Shown: in pieces, positions 29,421 to 43,658 of the stretch | Layout: each line of letters begins with the position of its first letter | How positions within the stretch are numbered: the first letter of the stretch is position 1 | NCBI GenBank assembly: GCA_964016885.1 | Contig: OZ024759.1 | Location: 15,252,001 to 15,316,000 of the forward strand | From: Eledone cirrhosa | Lineage: Eukaryota | DNA length: 64,000 nucleotides | Direction of reading: 5' to 3' | Program-made: the position numbers and the translations under genes | The notes under the pieces: model-generated | Told to the model about the DNA's origin: nothing | The model's input: the letters and a program-made list of their open reading frames with translations, nothing else | The model's database searches: none

Positions 29421-30939
29421 AAAATTACCAAATAAACGAAGGGCGCGGACATCAACACCAAGCCTATGTCCATCGAAGGTGAATGAACCTGAGGACATAA
29501 TTAAATCCTATATATCATCAACAACGTTTAACGTCTATCTTCCACGCTAGCACTACTAAATTTCCCTCATGGGTCAACTGAAGTTTATGATGACCCTTGC
29601 TCGAGATGTCACTCTCCCACCTAATGATTGAGAATTCACGTGAGGAAAGTTAATCGATATCGATCTATCAACACTGATCAATACTTCAACCATGATTACC
29701 AGAAAAACAGACGTACACTGTTCTTGGACTATTAAAGGTGAAAACAAAACTTAGGTGTATAGAACTAAATTTACGACATTACAAGACGGAAGATAAGATT
29801 CCCCTATCCACAAAGTCAAATGGGAGGAAAATGGTTTAAAACATAGATGGTGAACAGCTGGACTTATTGTGTGTAACTCGGAAAGATTGCAAGATGTAGG
29901 CAACAATCGAAACGACGACGTTCGATTGATAATTGGAAGTGAGTTTGAATACGTAAACAAGAGAACAACTAGGAAGGTGTAAATACTATATCATACGAAA
30001 GAGGGAAAGATTTACAAAGATACCTCAACATAATATAACAATCTACGTTACCTTTCGGAAAGCAGCAATTGTCCATTGTTAAACCATTTAGCAAGAGTTT
30101 TTGTAAAGCTTGTAAAATTCTACAAACTAACGGCCATTTCTTTTTCCTTGTTTTGAATGCGCAAGCGCGAGATTTAAAAATCCAGTGCGCATGTTCCAAT
30201 TATACTGACCAAGCTGCAGCACCTTCTAAGATCCTGGGCCATGCTACAGCACCTTCTAAGATGCCTGGCCATGCTACAGCACTAGTTAATCTATAATTAC
30301 ATACGTAATTCTCAGGGAAATTCAGTATTATAAGACTGGCCATTGTGAATTACAGATGACACGCAGTTTCTGTTTACCCAGTTTCACATGGGGTGTGACC
30401 GAATCTGGGACTTAAATAAACCCACAAGTTAGTCGATATCGATATTTACAAACACTGATCGACAGTTAACCATTGATTAACAGACAGCGGAAGAAAGTGA
30501 TCGAAAAACTGAAATGAATTTACAATTGTTTTAGTTTTACGTATGATTCAAGAACACCAGCAATAAGTGTGTGTGTGGGGGGGGGGTTAACCCTGTGATG
30601 GACTGACGTTCAGGGGGGAGTCTTGTACTCTTGTACTCTCAGTCACTTTAGGGGATAAGCTTTTCACGACAGACCAGAGAATCTAGGGAAATCTTGATTG
30701 TATGCCCCTAAGACTCTAGTATAATGCTTCATATACCGAGAAATGAAAACATTTTCAATATATAAACGCTTTATTCGATTTTAATATAAATCAATCAAAT
30801 TTATTAAGTTCTTTTCCCCAAAGGATGTCCGGAGCCAACACGCTATCGCACCTCTCCTCTCTACACAAACTTTGGGGATTCAAGACAATCGCTGACTAAC
30901 TAACAATATTAAATTGTGATTACATATTCTAACAAACCT

Positions 30940-31090
30940 GTCCATGCTGCAGCACCATCTAAACAGCCATGCTACAGTAGCTTCTAACAAAGCTGGCCAT
31001 GCTACACCACCAACTGAACAGCCTGGCCATGCTTCATCACTATCTGAACAGCCTGGCCATGCTAAAGCGCCATCTAAAAAGCCAGGCGCT
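30940..31090 (+). repeat. 30-bp minisatellite (also 30210-30285, 33320-33395, 34048-34197)
   Basis: catgctacagcaccatctgaacagcctggc-like units; translate as HAT(A/P)PS(K/E)QPG. Confidence 0.85.
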
Positions 31091-34000
31091 ATTACTGAGT
31101 GCATTTTTATCAGGACACCAGAACTAATGAGGTTGTCATGTCTTTGATACAGTAGGAGAGTCCTCCTGGCCCTTTATTTGGAGGGATGCCCTTACGAAAA
31201 CCACTTTACTGAGTTTACTAAGTGATACAAACACTAGGGTCGTTGTCATGTATTTGGTACAGTTGGAGGGTCCTCCTTGTTTCTACTTTGGCTCAAGGGA
31301 CATTAGATGCGTGGAAGGACAGAATAATGTATATCAGTGACGTTAAAAGACAGGCCCATCATTAGATGTAACTGTGGACGGTAAGGAGGGCCAGCTACCA
31401 CAATATACTGGAAGACAAACACAACCTTACATATAACAGCTGCCGTGTTATAAGAATATGGTAAGAGACTTCCCCTGGATAGGACGCCGGTCGATCGCAA
31501 GATTAAAGTCTGTCTCAAATTCGGAGGCTCATTAGACCGGTGTTTATCCGAGTCAGTTAGTCGGCTGAAAATACAGGTACCTCACCTGGACAGAACGCCA
31601 GTCTATAACAGAGTTACACCCATGATACTACTGGGGGGGGGGGGGGCAGCTACCACAGTATACTGTATAACAGGGACCTTAAAAACAGACCCAAACTTAT
31701 ATTACATTTTTTATTACGTTTAACTGTTTTCTTATGGAGGGAGAGCTACCACAATATGCTGTAAATAAGGGACGTTTAAAGGACAAACACAACATTAGAT
31801 GTAACAGTATATCACGTTAAAAGGCAGGCACAGCTCTCTAGACTGTAAGTAAACTTAAAGAAGATGGAGGTATTCCACCAGCCTACACTCCATAACACCA
31901 TTGGCGAGACTGAACTAAACAGTCCATCATATCAGCTGCCTGGGGTGCATCTTCACATCAGATACCAACATTGAGAGGGAAATCCGCAACAGACTGGCAA
32001 AGGTGACCAGTAAATTTGATAGACTGTACTAACGTGTGAAAGATTAAACATGAAGCTGGACAGTAAGAAGTTGTATAGGAGAAAGGTTCGTAGGTTTCTA
32101 GTCGAGGTGGGCTGCAGAGAATCATCGGCTTAATCAGTATGGAGGATGCTCACAATCATTGGAATGACAGGACGAGAGAAGAAGGCTGCAGTCCGCAGGA
32201 AGAGGGAGGCAACAGAAAAGGCTTTGGAGAAGGAGAGATGGGATTGAGGGTAAACATTCCCAATGAACGAAGGGCGCGGACATCAACACCAAGCCTATGT
32301 CCATCGAAGGTGAATGAACCTGAGGACATAATTAAATCCTATATATCATCATCAACGTTTAACGTCTATCTGCCACGCTAGCATGGATTAGATGAGTCTG
32401 TCCCATTTAGAGGCAAGTTCGGTGGGGTGACCGCTCATATATATATATTGCAGCATATATATAAACTTACTTGGCATATTGCAATCGTATCAATATCGAT
32501 CATCTCAGGGTACAATCATAATTATGGACTTACGTAACATATGTGTGTGGGAGTGGCGAGTGGATAACTGCAATCCTTAAAACACCCGACAAAACCTCTC
32601 CAGAATACAAGACTGACTCAATTAAATGTACAGGCTTCCAGAATAGATGCTGTCTACTAAATTTCCCTCATGGGTCAACTAAAGTTTATGATGGCTCTTG
32701 CCCGAGATGTCACTCTCTCACCTAATGATTGAGAATTCACGTGAGGAAAGTTAATCGATATCGATCTATCAACACTGATCAATACTTCAACCATGATTAC
32801 CAGAAAAAACAGACGTACACTGTTCTTGGACTATTAAAGGTGAACACAAAACTTAGGTGTATAGAACTAAATTTACGACATTACAAGACGGAAGATAAGA
32901 TTCCCCTATCCACAAAGTCAAATGGGAGGAAAATGGTTTAAAACATAGATGGTGAACAACTGGATTTATTGTGTGTAACTCGGAAAGATCGCAAGATGTA
33001 GGCAACAATCGAAACGACGACGTTCGATTGCTAATTGGAAGTGAGTTTCAATACGTAAACAAGAGAACAACTAGGAAGGTGTAAATACTATATCATACGA
33101 AAGAGACTAAGAGGGAAAGATTTACAAAATTACCTCAACATAATATAACAATCTACGTTACCTTTCGGAAAGCAGCAATTGTCCATTGTTAAACCATTTA
33201 GCAAGAGTTTTTGTAAAGCTTGTAAAATTCTACAAACTAACGGCCATTTCTTTTTCCTTGTTTTGAATGCGCAAGCGCGAGATTTAAAAATCCAGTGCGC
33301 ATGTTCCAATTATACTGACCAAGCTGCAGCACCTTCTAAGATCCTGGGCCATGCTACAGCACCTTCTAAGATGCCTGGCCATGCTACAGCACTAGTTAAT
33401 CTATAATTACATACGTAATTCTCAGGGAAATTCAGTATTATAAGACTGGCCATTGGGAATTACAGATGACACGCAGTTTCTGTTTACCCAGTTTCACATG
33501 GGGTGTGACCGAATCTGGGACTTAAATAAACCCACAAGTTAGTCGATATCGATCTTTACAAACACTGATCAACAGTTAACCATTGATTAACAGACAGCGG
33601 AAGAAAGTGATCGAAAAACTGAAATGAATTTACAATTGTTTTAGTTTTACGTATGATTCAAGAACACCAGCAATAAGTGTGTGGGGGGGGGGGTTAACCC
33701 TGTGATGGACGGACGTTCAGGGGGGAGTCTTGTACTCTTGTACTCTCAGTCACTTTAGGGGATAAGCTTTTCACGACAGACCAGAGAATCTAGGGAAATC
33801 TTGATTGTATGCCCCTAAGACTCTAGTATAATGCTTCATATACCGAGAAATGAAAACATTTTCAATATATAAACGCTTTATTCGATTTTAATATAAATCA
33901 ATCAAATTTATTAAGTTCTTTTCCCCAAAGGATGTCCGGAGCCAACACGCTATCGCACCTCTCCTCTCTACACAAACTTTGGGGATTCAAGACAATCGCT

Positions 34001-34961
34001 GACTAACTAACAATATTAAATTGTGATTACATATTCTAACAAACCTGTCCATGCTGCAGCACCATCTAAACAGCCATGCTACAGTAGCTTCTAACAAAGC
34101 TGGCCATGCTACACCACCAACTGAACAGCCTGGCCATGCTACAGCACTATCTGAACAGCCTGGCCATGCTAAAGCACCATCTAAACAGCCAGGCGCTATT
34201 ACTGAGTGCATTTTTATCAGGACACTAGAACTAATGAGGTTTTCATGTCTTTGATACAGCAGGAGAGTCCTCCTGACCCTTTATTTGGAGGGATGCCCTT
34301 ACGAAAACCACTTTACTGAGTTTAGTGATACAAGTGATACAAACACTAGGGTCGTTGTCGTGTATTTGGTACAGTTGGAGGGTCCTCCTTGTTTCTACTT
34401 TGGCTCAAGGGAAAGTCAATTAAATCGACCCCAGTGCATTACTGTATGTTTACCTGGCTTGTTCACTGGGGTTAGCCCCTCTAGGTGAGTTGTCTACCCC
34501 TTCTTCCAGTTATACTCAGCTGAAAATGAGCACCAGCAGTAGATGGGGATTTAACCCTGTGATAGACTGGCGTACACTCAGTCACTTTACGGGATAAGCT
34601 TCTGGGCTCACGACAGACCAGAGAGCCTATCGCTGACTCACTAACAATATTACATTGTATTTAACACTGCTGAAGAATTGAATGAACAATTTTCGGTCTT
34701 TGATCTCAATCTTGAAAGAAAGATTTGCTAAAGACACCTGAGCTGTTACAGGGAAAACTAGGAACATTTTTGAAACAAAATACACTAAACATATTTCCTG
34801 TGAATAAAATAGAAACATGTTGAATTTTATTATTAAATCTCAACCATTATTGCATTACTGTTTTCCCGCTTGCACACCACCAGCGTTCTTCCAATCCAAT
34901 CTTTGATGTCATCATTCAAGTATATTCTTAGTCTTCCAATCAACTACACACTACCATATAT

Positions 34962-35095
34962 ATAATTGTTTCTACTTGTGGCACAGCCGAGCAATTACCT
35001 CAGTGCATTACTGGCACTTTATTTTATCGACCCTGTAACTCTATGCTGAATTCGGTCTGTAACTCAATGCTGCAAAGCATGTCGTCCGATACTTA
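34962..35095 (-). mobile_element. Degraded tRNA-derived SINE
   Basis: taattgtttctact...tgcattactggcactttattttatcgaccc, the reverse complement of the SINE tail and core. Confidence 0.7.
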
Positions 35096-35719
35096 CAATC
35101 AACTACACACTACCATATATATAATACACGGTAGTGTATAGATGATTGCAAGTCATCATTGTAGCATTGGTGGTGGCAGTGACAATGTTTACGTATCAAT
35201 GTTACCATGACTACCAACCTTATTTTTCAAAATTCAAGAAAGCATTTAAACAGGCTGTAACTGGCCAGAATTCTCTCACCTCTTTCTGTTCTAAATGGCT
35301 GTAAGTTGGTACTGATGATAAGGTATTGTTCTTAAAATAAATAACATCAAAGGCCCATTGATTTAATTTTATGTGAGATAAAGTCTTTACTGTGAAAATA
35401 CAATAGTATATATAGGGTAATGTAAATTCTAAAGGGTTAAATATGTTTGAAAGCAGAGGCAACTGATAGGATTTCCAGCTAGATCTCCATATGATTAAAA
35501 TATTCAACACGTTTCCACTATTCAAATAGTTAAATGTCAGCAGAAGGGCAGGGCACCCAAGCATTATGGCCTGGATGCGGCTGAGCCCCTTTAGAATGTA
35601 AGAAGTTAACAGCCGAAACTCTTGCTTGAGAGGGGTTCCTTCTCTGAAGACCTTCTGCTGTTCAGCTCTCCTGAGAGCTCCCTTCCTCTAGTTAATGTAG
35701 AACTATATGTGTGTGTGAA

Positions 35720-35965
35720 CGATCAAACATGGAAGAGTTGAGAGAGAAACTGTAGTGTGCAGGAGAGGAGACTACGTTGGTTGGCATGGCCATTTCATGT
35801 GCTGGGTGAAGATATGCAAGTAATCCCAATGGAAGGAAGACATAGGCGGAGGTGGTGAGAGCTGAAGCTCACACAGGAGATGGCAGAGGGCCGTGATGAA
35901 TGAAGAGATGCTGAAGAGGACACATCCCACCCGTGCAAGCAGACATAAAATGATGTTGATGATAA
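35720..35965 (+). mobile_element. RTE LINE 3' remnant with (GAT)n tail
   Basis: VQERRLRW..., ends gcaagcagacataaaatgatgttgatgat; related to 50027-50590. Confidence 0.65.
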
Positions 35966-36180
35966 TGGTTTCTTTATAATAAAGTATTTTCATGAAATAT
36001 TCATTTCATATCATAGACATTTATTTCCTACAAGAATATATCTAGATATATATAAACAATACTTAATGAAAAACATAAAAAAATAGACAATTCCTAAACA
36101 TGATAGAAAGATTCTAGAATATTAGAAATGTTTATAGGTTATCATGGTAAACATGTCCAAAGGACACGCACACATATATT

Positions 36181-36232
<52 letters not shown>

Positions 36233-36803
36233 AACATATATATATATATATACATGTAGATACTTTTGTATATGTATATTCTTTTACCTGTTCCAGCCAA
36301 GTGACTGAAGCCACATATATATATATTAAGAGGGAACAAAGAATCAGTATTACATCATATACTTATTTAATTACATATGTTTTACTGCCGATCAGCTCGA
36401 GGAATGATCGGTTAATGTTCTATCCTGACTCTGGAATCTCTCTCTGTGTATATATGTGTGTGTGTGTGTGCTTATACATGAATGCTCTTTTACCTGTGGT
36501 TGAGGCCACATATTATATATAAATACATGTGTACATGTATATAATTTATATAAGTGTATGTACATGTATATGATATATATAAGTGTGTATATAAATGCAT
36601 GTCTTAATTTTATTAAACTAGCATATTCACAACAGCTGCCTTCATTTCATAAGAGGTTACGTTTTCTAACTAAAAAACCGACCTGAAGCAATGAAACATT
36701 TGTCATGACTACGGTGGTTAAAGTGAAATTCTTATATTACAACCCTTCTCACAGATAGAGTATCTCCTCTGTTTTGGATATATATTTATTGTATGTCAGT
36801 ATA

Positions 36804-36860
<57 letters not shown>

Positions 36861-36942
36861 TGCACTCTCAGATCTTGAATAATCATCTCCCGCTGCTTAT
36901 TAATTTTTCAGATTCCCGTCCCCTATTATTTGGGAGCCGAGA

Positions 36943-37025
<83 letters not shown>

Positions 37026-37329
37026 TGATATATATTTATCTTTATTGAGCCCTCTTTGGATTTTAGTCTTCAACTTTATTATTATTACTATATATATATA
37101 TATATATATATAGTAATAATAATAAAGTTGAAGACTAAAATCCAAAGAGGGCTCAATAAAGATAAATATATATCAAATATATAAGAACCGTATAGCAAAT
37201 ATTTATTAAAATAACAGATTAAAGTTTAAGCAAAAAATCGCTGCTTTCTCCCTTAACGGGATCTTCTGAAACTAAAGAATATATATATGCATATATCAAT
37301 AGATATGTGTGCATGTATATGTGTTTGTG

Positions 37330-37366
<37 letters not shown>

Positions 37367-37714
37367 TTGTGTATATATATATATGTGCGTGTGTATATAT
37401 AGTATACAAAATCTCATACTTTACAGATAATACCTACATAGAAAATATTTGATAAACGCTGTCATAAATGATACCAAAATACTTCTTTTAGCTGCCATAG
37501 CGTATATATTTATACATAAGATTAAATATCTTTTGTAATATTGTCAAGAAGCACATCGTACTATACATTTCACATAGAGTATAAACATACTACGTAACAC
37601 ATCATATGAGGGTAGGCTGAAGAGTACACAGGTTGACTATGAAAGAGTGATGGTAGGCTGTGAAATCTTGCATGCATTTAATTCAACTTTTGGCAGTATT
37701 GATAGAAGGTCAGG

Positions 37715-37808
37715 CATGCTTTCCAGCGTAGTTACGTCCCTTTACGATCTGAGTTCAAATCCCGCTGAGGTTAACTTTGCCTTTCATCCTTACGGGGTCG
37801 ATAAAATA
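37715..37808 (+). mobile_element. SINE fragment
   Basis: gagttcaaatcccgctgaggttaactttgcctttcatccttacggggtcgataaaat. Confidence 0.8.
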
Positions 37809-37810
37809 TA

Positions 37811-38345
37811 ATGTCTCATGACACTATATTTAAAGATTCTACATGTAACCACATCGCACTATTTCAGCTGCTACATGTCACACTACACTCTATCAACAGC
37901 TCCAACATGTCACACCACACTATATTTAGAGCTACCCCATGTTGCAGCACACTATATCACCAACTGCCACATGTTACGTCACACCACTCTATATTTAGAG
38001 CTACCCCCTGTTGCAGCACACTATATCACCAATTGCCATATGTCACACTATACTATATCTAGAGATTCCACATGTCACACCACACTATATCACCAGCTGA
38101 CACATGTCACACAATACACTGCCACATGTTACATCATACTATATTAAGAGTTCCCTCATGTCAAACCACACTATGTCACCAGTGCCACATGTATGTCATA
38201 TGACTCTATACCACATGTAACATCACACTATGCCTCCAGGTCACACCATACAATATCTCCAACTGCCGCATGTCAAATCACATTATACCTCTAGCTGCCG
38301 CATGTTACACCGCCAGCTACTGTGTATCGCACCACACTATAGACA
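37811..38345 (+). repeat. Degenerate ~29-30 bp minisatellite with alternating subtypes
   Basis: Units ccacatgtcacaccacactatat followed by ttagagcta or caccaactg. Confidence 0.85.
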
Positions 38346-38349
38346 TCCC

Positions 38350-38396
<47 letters not shown>

Positions 38397-38521
38397 CCCG
38401 ACGGCAGAGCTCAAGCCGTTTCGACGGCAATTTCTGGACTATTTGAGTACTTTGGTGCGTTATGGTTCATCTGGTTCCTTACCACAATTCCTTCGTTATA
38501 CATATATATATATAATGTATG

Positions 38522-38633
<112 letters not shown>

Positions 38634-39435
38634 ATTCACCATAATAATACGAACACCTTCAGCACAACTTAATAAACTACTCTATAGTTAAAACACTTTA
38701 TGCTTTAGACATTTTTTGGAAGTTGCGCATAACCATAGAAATTAGTGTCTATATTGAGACACATTTCAATAGCTAGGTATAGAAACCCAGGAGTTACCTC
38801 CCCTCAGCCACACACACACTTCCGGGTAGTATTCAATGTCGTTTCTCGAAACGTAACAGCCTCCTGTATTGAACTAAAGAACATCAGACTACGATTCTCT
38901 AACTGGATTGTCAAACGCTCAATATCGAATTGCCGTGGATTATGTGAGGGCATATAATCGAAAAAAATCACTCCCCTGGCCATGAAAATGTCGAAGTACA
39001 TGAAGTCCTTGTCATCCCTTCGCTGTGCATCTCCAATACTTTTAATATTTTTAATGCTTGCACTATTTTTAATGCTTATATCATTTCTCCACACACAGAC
39101 TATAACAATCATATAAAGAAGTTGCCACCAGATCAACCAACCTAACACTCTTGTTTACCTACCTAAGTGCTCCTACTACACGTATCTCTCTGCCACACTA
39201 TATAAACAAGACGCACGTGCTTGCCACACATATAACATTTGCACTATATAACCGCTTATCTTCATGTTGTATTTTAACCTGTATTTTTGATTTTACCTTT
39301 TAATATGAATGTAATCTCGAAGTGTGTACTGCCACTCTAAATGCTGTAATGAATGTTGACCCACAATATTTGCATATGTATCGGTATGTCTCTTGGCTGA
39401 AAAGGAGGTCATATAACTGTCCATTCATTAATAAA

Positions 39436-39488
39436 TTGCTCCGAAGAATCCAAACCTCTGTTTGGAGGAAACAGCTGTAAGCACAATA
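39436..39488 (+). ncRNA. Minimal type I hammerhead ribozyme in pLTR 1
   Basis: gct-CCGAAGA-a-tccaaac/ctct/gtttgga-g-GAAA-c(agct)g-TA-agc. Palindromic stem III loop; core has C in place of U4. Confidence 0.7.
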
Positions 39489-39736
39489 ATGTTTTGAACA
39501 GTTCTTTGACTCTTATATTTCATATAACTACTCTGTAAATCATCTGATGTTTTTACATTGAGCTCCTTAACTTACTGGTAATAAGGTAGTAATACATTAC
39601 TGCCTATCACTATTTAGGGTTTGTATAAAAAAATACATATAACTACAAAAGGTTTTTGTATTTACATAACCATAAATAGTATAATTAATACTATTATCTG
39701 CTCCATATTGTTGAGCTGACATATAATATTACCAAT

Positions 39737-42165
39737 ATGCTAATCAAAGACCAACTCCCATGTCAACCAAGAACATACCAATACCATCCAGGAATACATA
39801 TGAGAAATTGCTGATCAACAGTGTAAATTCATTTATCAATAGAGTGAGATGGAGGACATTCCATTATGATAGAAACAGATCTAACAACGTGAATAATACT
39901 AACAAATTTGACTCCTTCGGCTTTAAAAGCCCCCCCCCCCCCCTCATAACACACTACTTAACTCCTTTGAAAATGACCTAGTTAAACTAGTTAAGAACAT
40001 TAAATACAATAAGCACCATATTAGAAGCGACACCTTCTTAAACAAACTTAGCACCTCTATTAATGGATTCAAAACTAGTAATAAAATTATTGTACACGCA
40101 GATAAAACTAATAACATATACAGCCTAGATTATAATAGTTATAGAAAATGTATATATAATGAACTACATAAAAGCTACAAAAAGACCACCTTGAAAAACT
40201 CAGAAGATATTAATATATAGGGATATAATATAGTGTCTAAACTAGGACTTCAGATACATACACAACCATTCACCCCAAACCCCCCTAGATTCTCTCTGAA
40301 GGACCATAAGGAGGAATTCATCAGCAACCCCTCGATCAGACTTATCTGCCCTTCCAAGTCCGACATTGGTATTATCAGCAAGAAAATTTTGGATAAAATC
40401 ATCCCACAAATTAAACACAAGATACACCTTAAACAATGGGGAAATACGGGTGAAGTGATTGAATGGTTCAAAGATATCAAGAATAATAAGGACAAAAAAT
40501 GTATTCAATTTGATATCAATTCATACTACACCTCTATTTCCCCTATCCTATTAAATAAGGCACTTATTATGGCCATGAACAATAGCGACCTGACTAGAGC
40601 CCAGATTGATGTCATCCTTGCGGCCCGTAAAACCATAATCACCTTCGAGGACCAACTATGGACACGCATGGATACGCACAACAACTTCGACATAACCATG
40701 GGATCTAGTGACTCGGCGCAGGTCACTGATTTGGTCGGCCTATACCTTCTCAATGAAATCCATAAGGACCTCCCTTACCTCAACGGTGGTTTGTACCGCG
40801 ATGATGCACTTCTACTTATAGAATATAAAAAATTTAATATAGAAAGAACTAGAAAACAATTGCATAAGACATTCAAAAACTTTAACCTTAGTATAACCAT
40901 GGACAAAAACACTAAAAATGTAAACTTCCTAGACGCCACACTATACCTAAACTCAAAAATATATACACCTTTCCATAAGCCTAACGAAAAACTCATTTAC
41001 GTAGATACCAAGTCTAATCACCCTAGATCAATATTAAACTCTATCTCTAAGGGGGTATCCAATAGAATCTCTAGTCTGTCCTATGACGCAAACATATTTA
41101 GCAAAAACTCACAATATTACAATCAAGCATTAGCTAGATCCGGCCATAATATAGAAATTGAGTTCCTACCTAAGAAAACACATAGCTACAACATCATCTC
41201 GCACAACATGTCCATGAGGAAACCTAATAATAGGAATAGCAACCACAAGTACACCAAAGCGGAGGGTGCCACCGGAAGTAACCATTACCACGGAAACTAC
41301 TGTGGTGCCTTAGGAAGAAACAACACACCAAACACTAAAAGCAGAAATAGAAGAAATAATACATTCTTCAACCCTCCTTTCAACCTAAATGTCTCCACCA
41401 ACATACCTAGGGCTTTCTTCTCACTACTAGATAAAAACTTCCCTCTAGGACACAAGTACCACAACCTTTTAAACAAAAACACTATTAAAATCTCATACGA
41501 CGCCTAACTTAGCATACCACATAGCTAGCAGCAATAAAAGTAAAATTAATTCTTACTTCCAACAAACGAAATCACAACAGGATGCAAACCTTCTAAATAC
41601 CTCCGTAGCAAGCAACCATAGTAACGGCAGTAACAATAGAAATAACACTAGTATAAGAAATAACACCGGGGTTGACAACCCGAATGTCCAAAATCCTATA
41701 GCTACCACCCAGACTTCTGCACTGCATTATAACCAGCAGACTAACACACAGGATAACTGTAACTGTAGAGCTAATAGAACCTGCCCTTTAGATAAAAAAT
41801 GCCTAACCAAGGATATCATATACTCATGCACCGTCACAACTAGCAACTCTTCAGAAACCTATGTAGGCTCCACTTCTAACTGCTTCAAAATCAGATATAA
41901 TTCGCACATCCAAGCCAACTCCACCTCACTATCTAGCTACATACACTATCTAAAAACTAAAAATAAACCATACACACTCAAATGGGAAGTGATAGGCAGC
42001 GCGACTTCGTACAAACCACCTAATAAATTTTGTAACCTCTGTATACTAGAGACCCACAATATTATCTTCTCCAACCGCAACCTACTTAACAAAAAATCTG
42101 AGGTGTTTGCAACTTGCCAGCACCGCTTCAGACATTCCATCCAAAACATTAAGCCCAATATATAG
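39737..42165 (+). pseudogene. Penelope-like RT and GIY-YIG endonuclease ORF, disrupted by a few frameshifts and a stop
   Basis: ADKTNN, QFDINSYY, ITMGSSDSAQVTDLVG, GLYRDD, NFLD, FFNPPF, CNCRANRTCPLDKKC, IIYSC...YVGST..FKIRYNSH, CNLCILE. Confidence 0.9.
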
Positions 42166-43605
42166 CAATGTCGGACTTGAACCAAACACCACATCTAGCA
42201 TCAAACACCAGGGGCACACCTTATACCGCATACCCAACACTAACTGATCTAATATAACACAAACAACGACATCCCTCTGGAACCCTTCGTTGGGAGAATA
42301 CCCATTTATACCTCTACGTTAGGTTGACAACATCCACCCACTTGAACTGCACTACACCGCTCTATAGGTAATTTAAGCATGAATTGATTGGTTTGGTAGT
42401 GTTGTGCGGAGGAAGTGCCTTCCTTAGACAGATGAAAAACGATTTAATCTAGTAACGCTGTTGAGCAGTAGGACCAGGACGCTGAGTGCAGAGAATGAAT
42501 GTATTGCAACTGGCGTGCGGGTTGTACATATATGGATGATTTGACGGTCAGAGTGGTGTCATGAGGACTGCGGATTGACCTCTGGCCGGCCCTGGTCATG
42601 ATTATCTTTCGACATCCAATGTAGCAAGCGATGACCCAGAACTTACCAGAGATCATTGTGTCTTGAAGTGATTCTGCAATCACCGCGCCTGGTCCTATGC
42701 GTAGACTACAACCACAGAGATCATTAATTTACAATCCTCGCTCATCGTCTATAATATTCATTTGTGGCACCCTACGATGGGGGTTAATTCACCATAATAA
42801 TACGAACACCTTCAGCACAACTTAATAAACTGCTCTATAGTTAAAACACTTTATGCTTTAGACATTTTTTGGAAGTTGCGCATAACCATAGAAATTAGGG
42901 TCTATATTGAGACACATTTCAATAGCTAGGTATAGAAACCCAGGAGTTACCTCCCCTCATGCATTAACTCCACTTAGCCACACACACACTTCCGGGTAGT
43001 ATTCAATGTCGTTTCTCGAAACGTAACGGCCTCCTGTATTGAACTAAAGAACATCAGACTACGATTCTCTAACTGGATTGTCAAACGCTCAATATCGAAT
43101 TGTCGTGGATTATGTGAGGGGCATATAATCGAAAAAAATCACTCCCCTGACCATGAAAATGTCGAAGTACATGAAGTCCTTGTCATCCCTTCGCTGTGCA
43201 TCTCCAATACTTTTAATATTTTTAATGCTTGCACTATTTTTAATGCTTATATCAATTCTCCACACACAGACTATAACAATCATATAAAGAATTTGCCACC
43301 AGATCAACCAACCTAACACTCTTGATTACCTACCTAAGTGCTCCTACTACACGTATCTCTATGCCACACTATATAAACAAGACGCACGTGCTTGCCACAC
43401 ATATAACATTTGCACTATATAACCGCTTATCTTCATGTTGTATTTTAACCTGTATTTTTGATTTTACCTTTTAATATGAATGTAATCTCGAAGTGTGTAC
43501 TGCCACTCTAAATGCTGTAATGAATGTTGACCCACAATATTTGCATATGTATCGGTATGTCTCTTGGCTGAAAAGGAGGTCATATAACTGTCCATTCATT
43601 AATAA

Positions 43606-43658
43606 ATTGCTCCGAAGAATCCAAACCTCGGTTTGGAGGAAACAGCTGTAAGCACAAT
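43606..43658 (+). ncRNA. Minimal type I hammerhead ribozyme in pLTR 2
   Basis: Same as the pLTR 1 copy; differs only in the stem II loop (ctcg). Confidence 0.7.

Larger units (their letters stand above)
28806..34412 (+). repeat. Direct duplication: 28806-31300 and 31614-34412
   Basis: Both start ttacacccatgatactactggggg and end ctttggctcaaggga. Identical 75-aa ORFs at 30069 and 33179. The second copy has about 270 bp extra near 32385-32655. Confidence 0.93.

Noticed and set aside
40215-40222. Selenocysteine recoding in the Naiad-type ORF
   Set aside because: The in-frame stop seen is TAG, not TGA, and no convincing SECIS was identified by eye.
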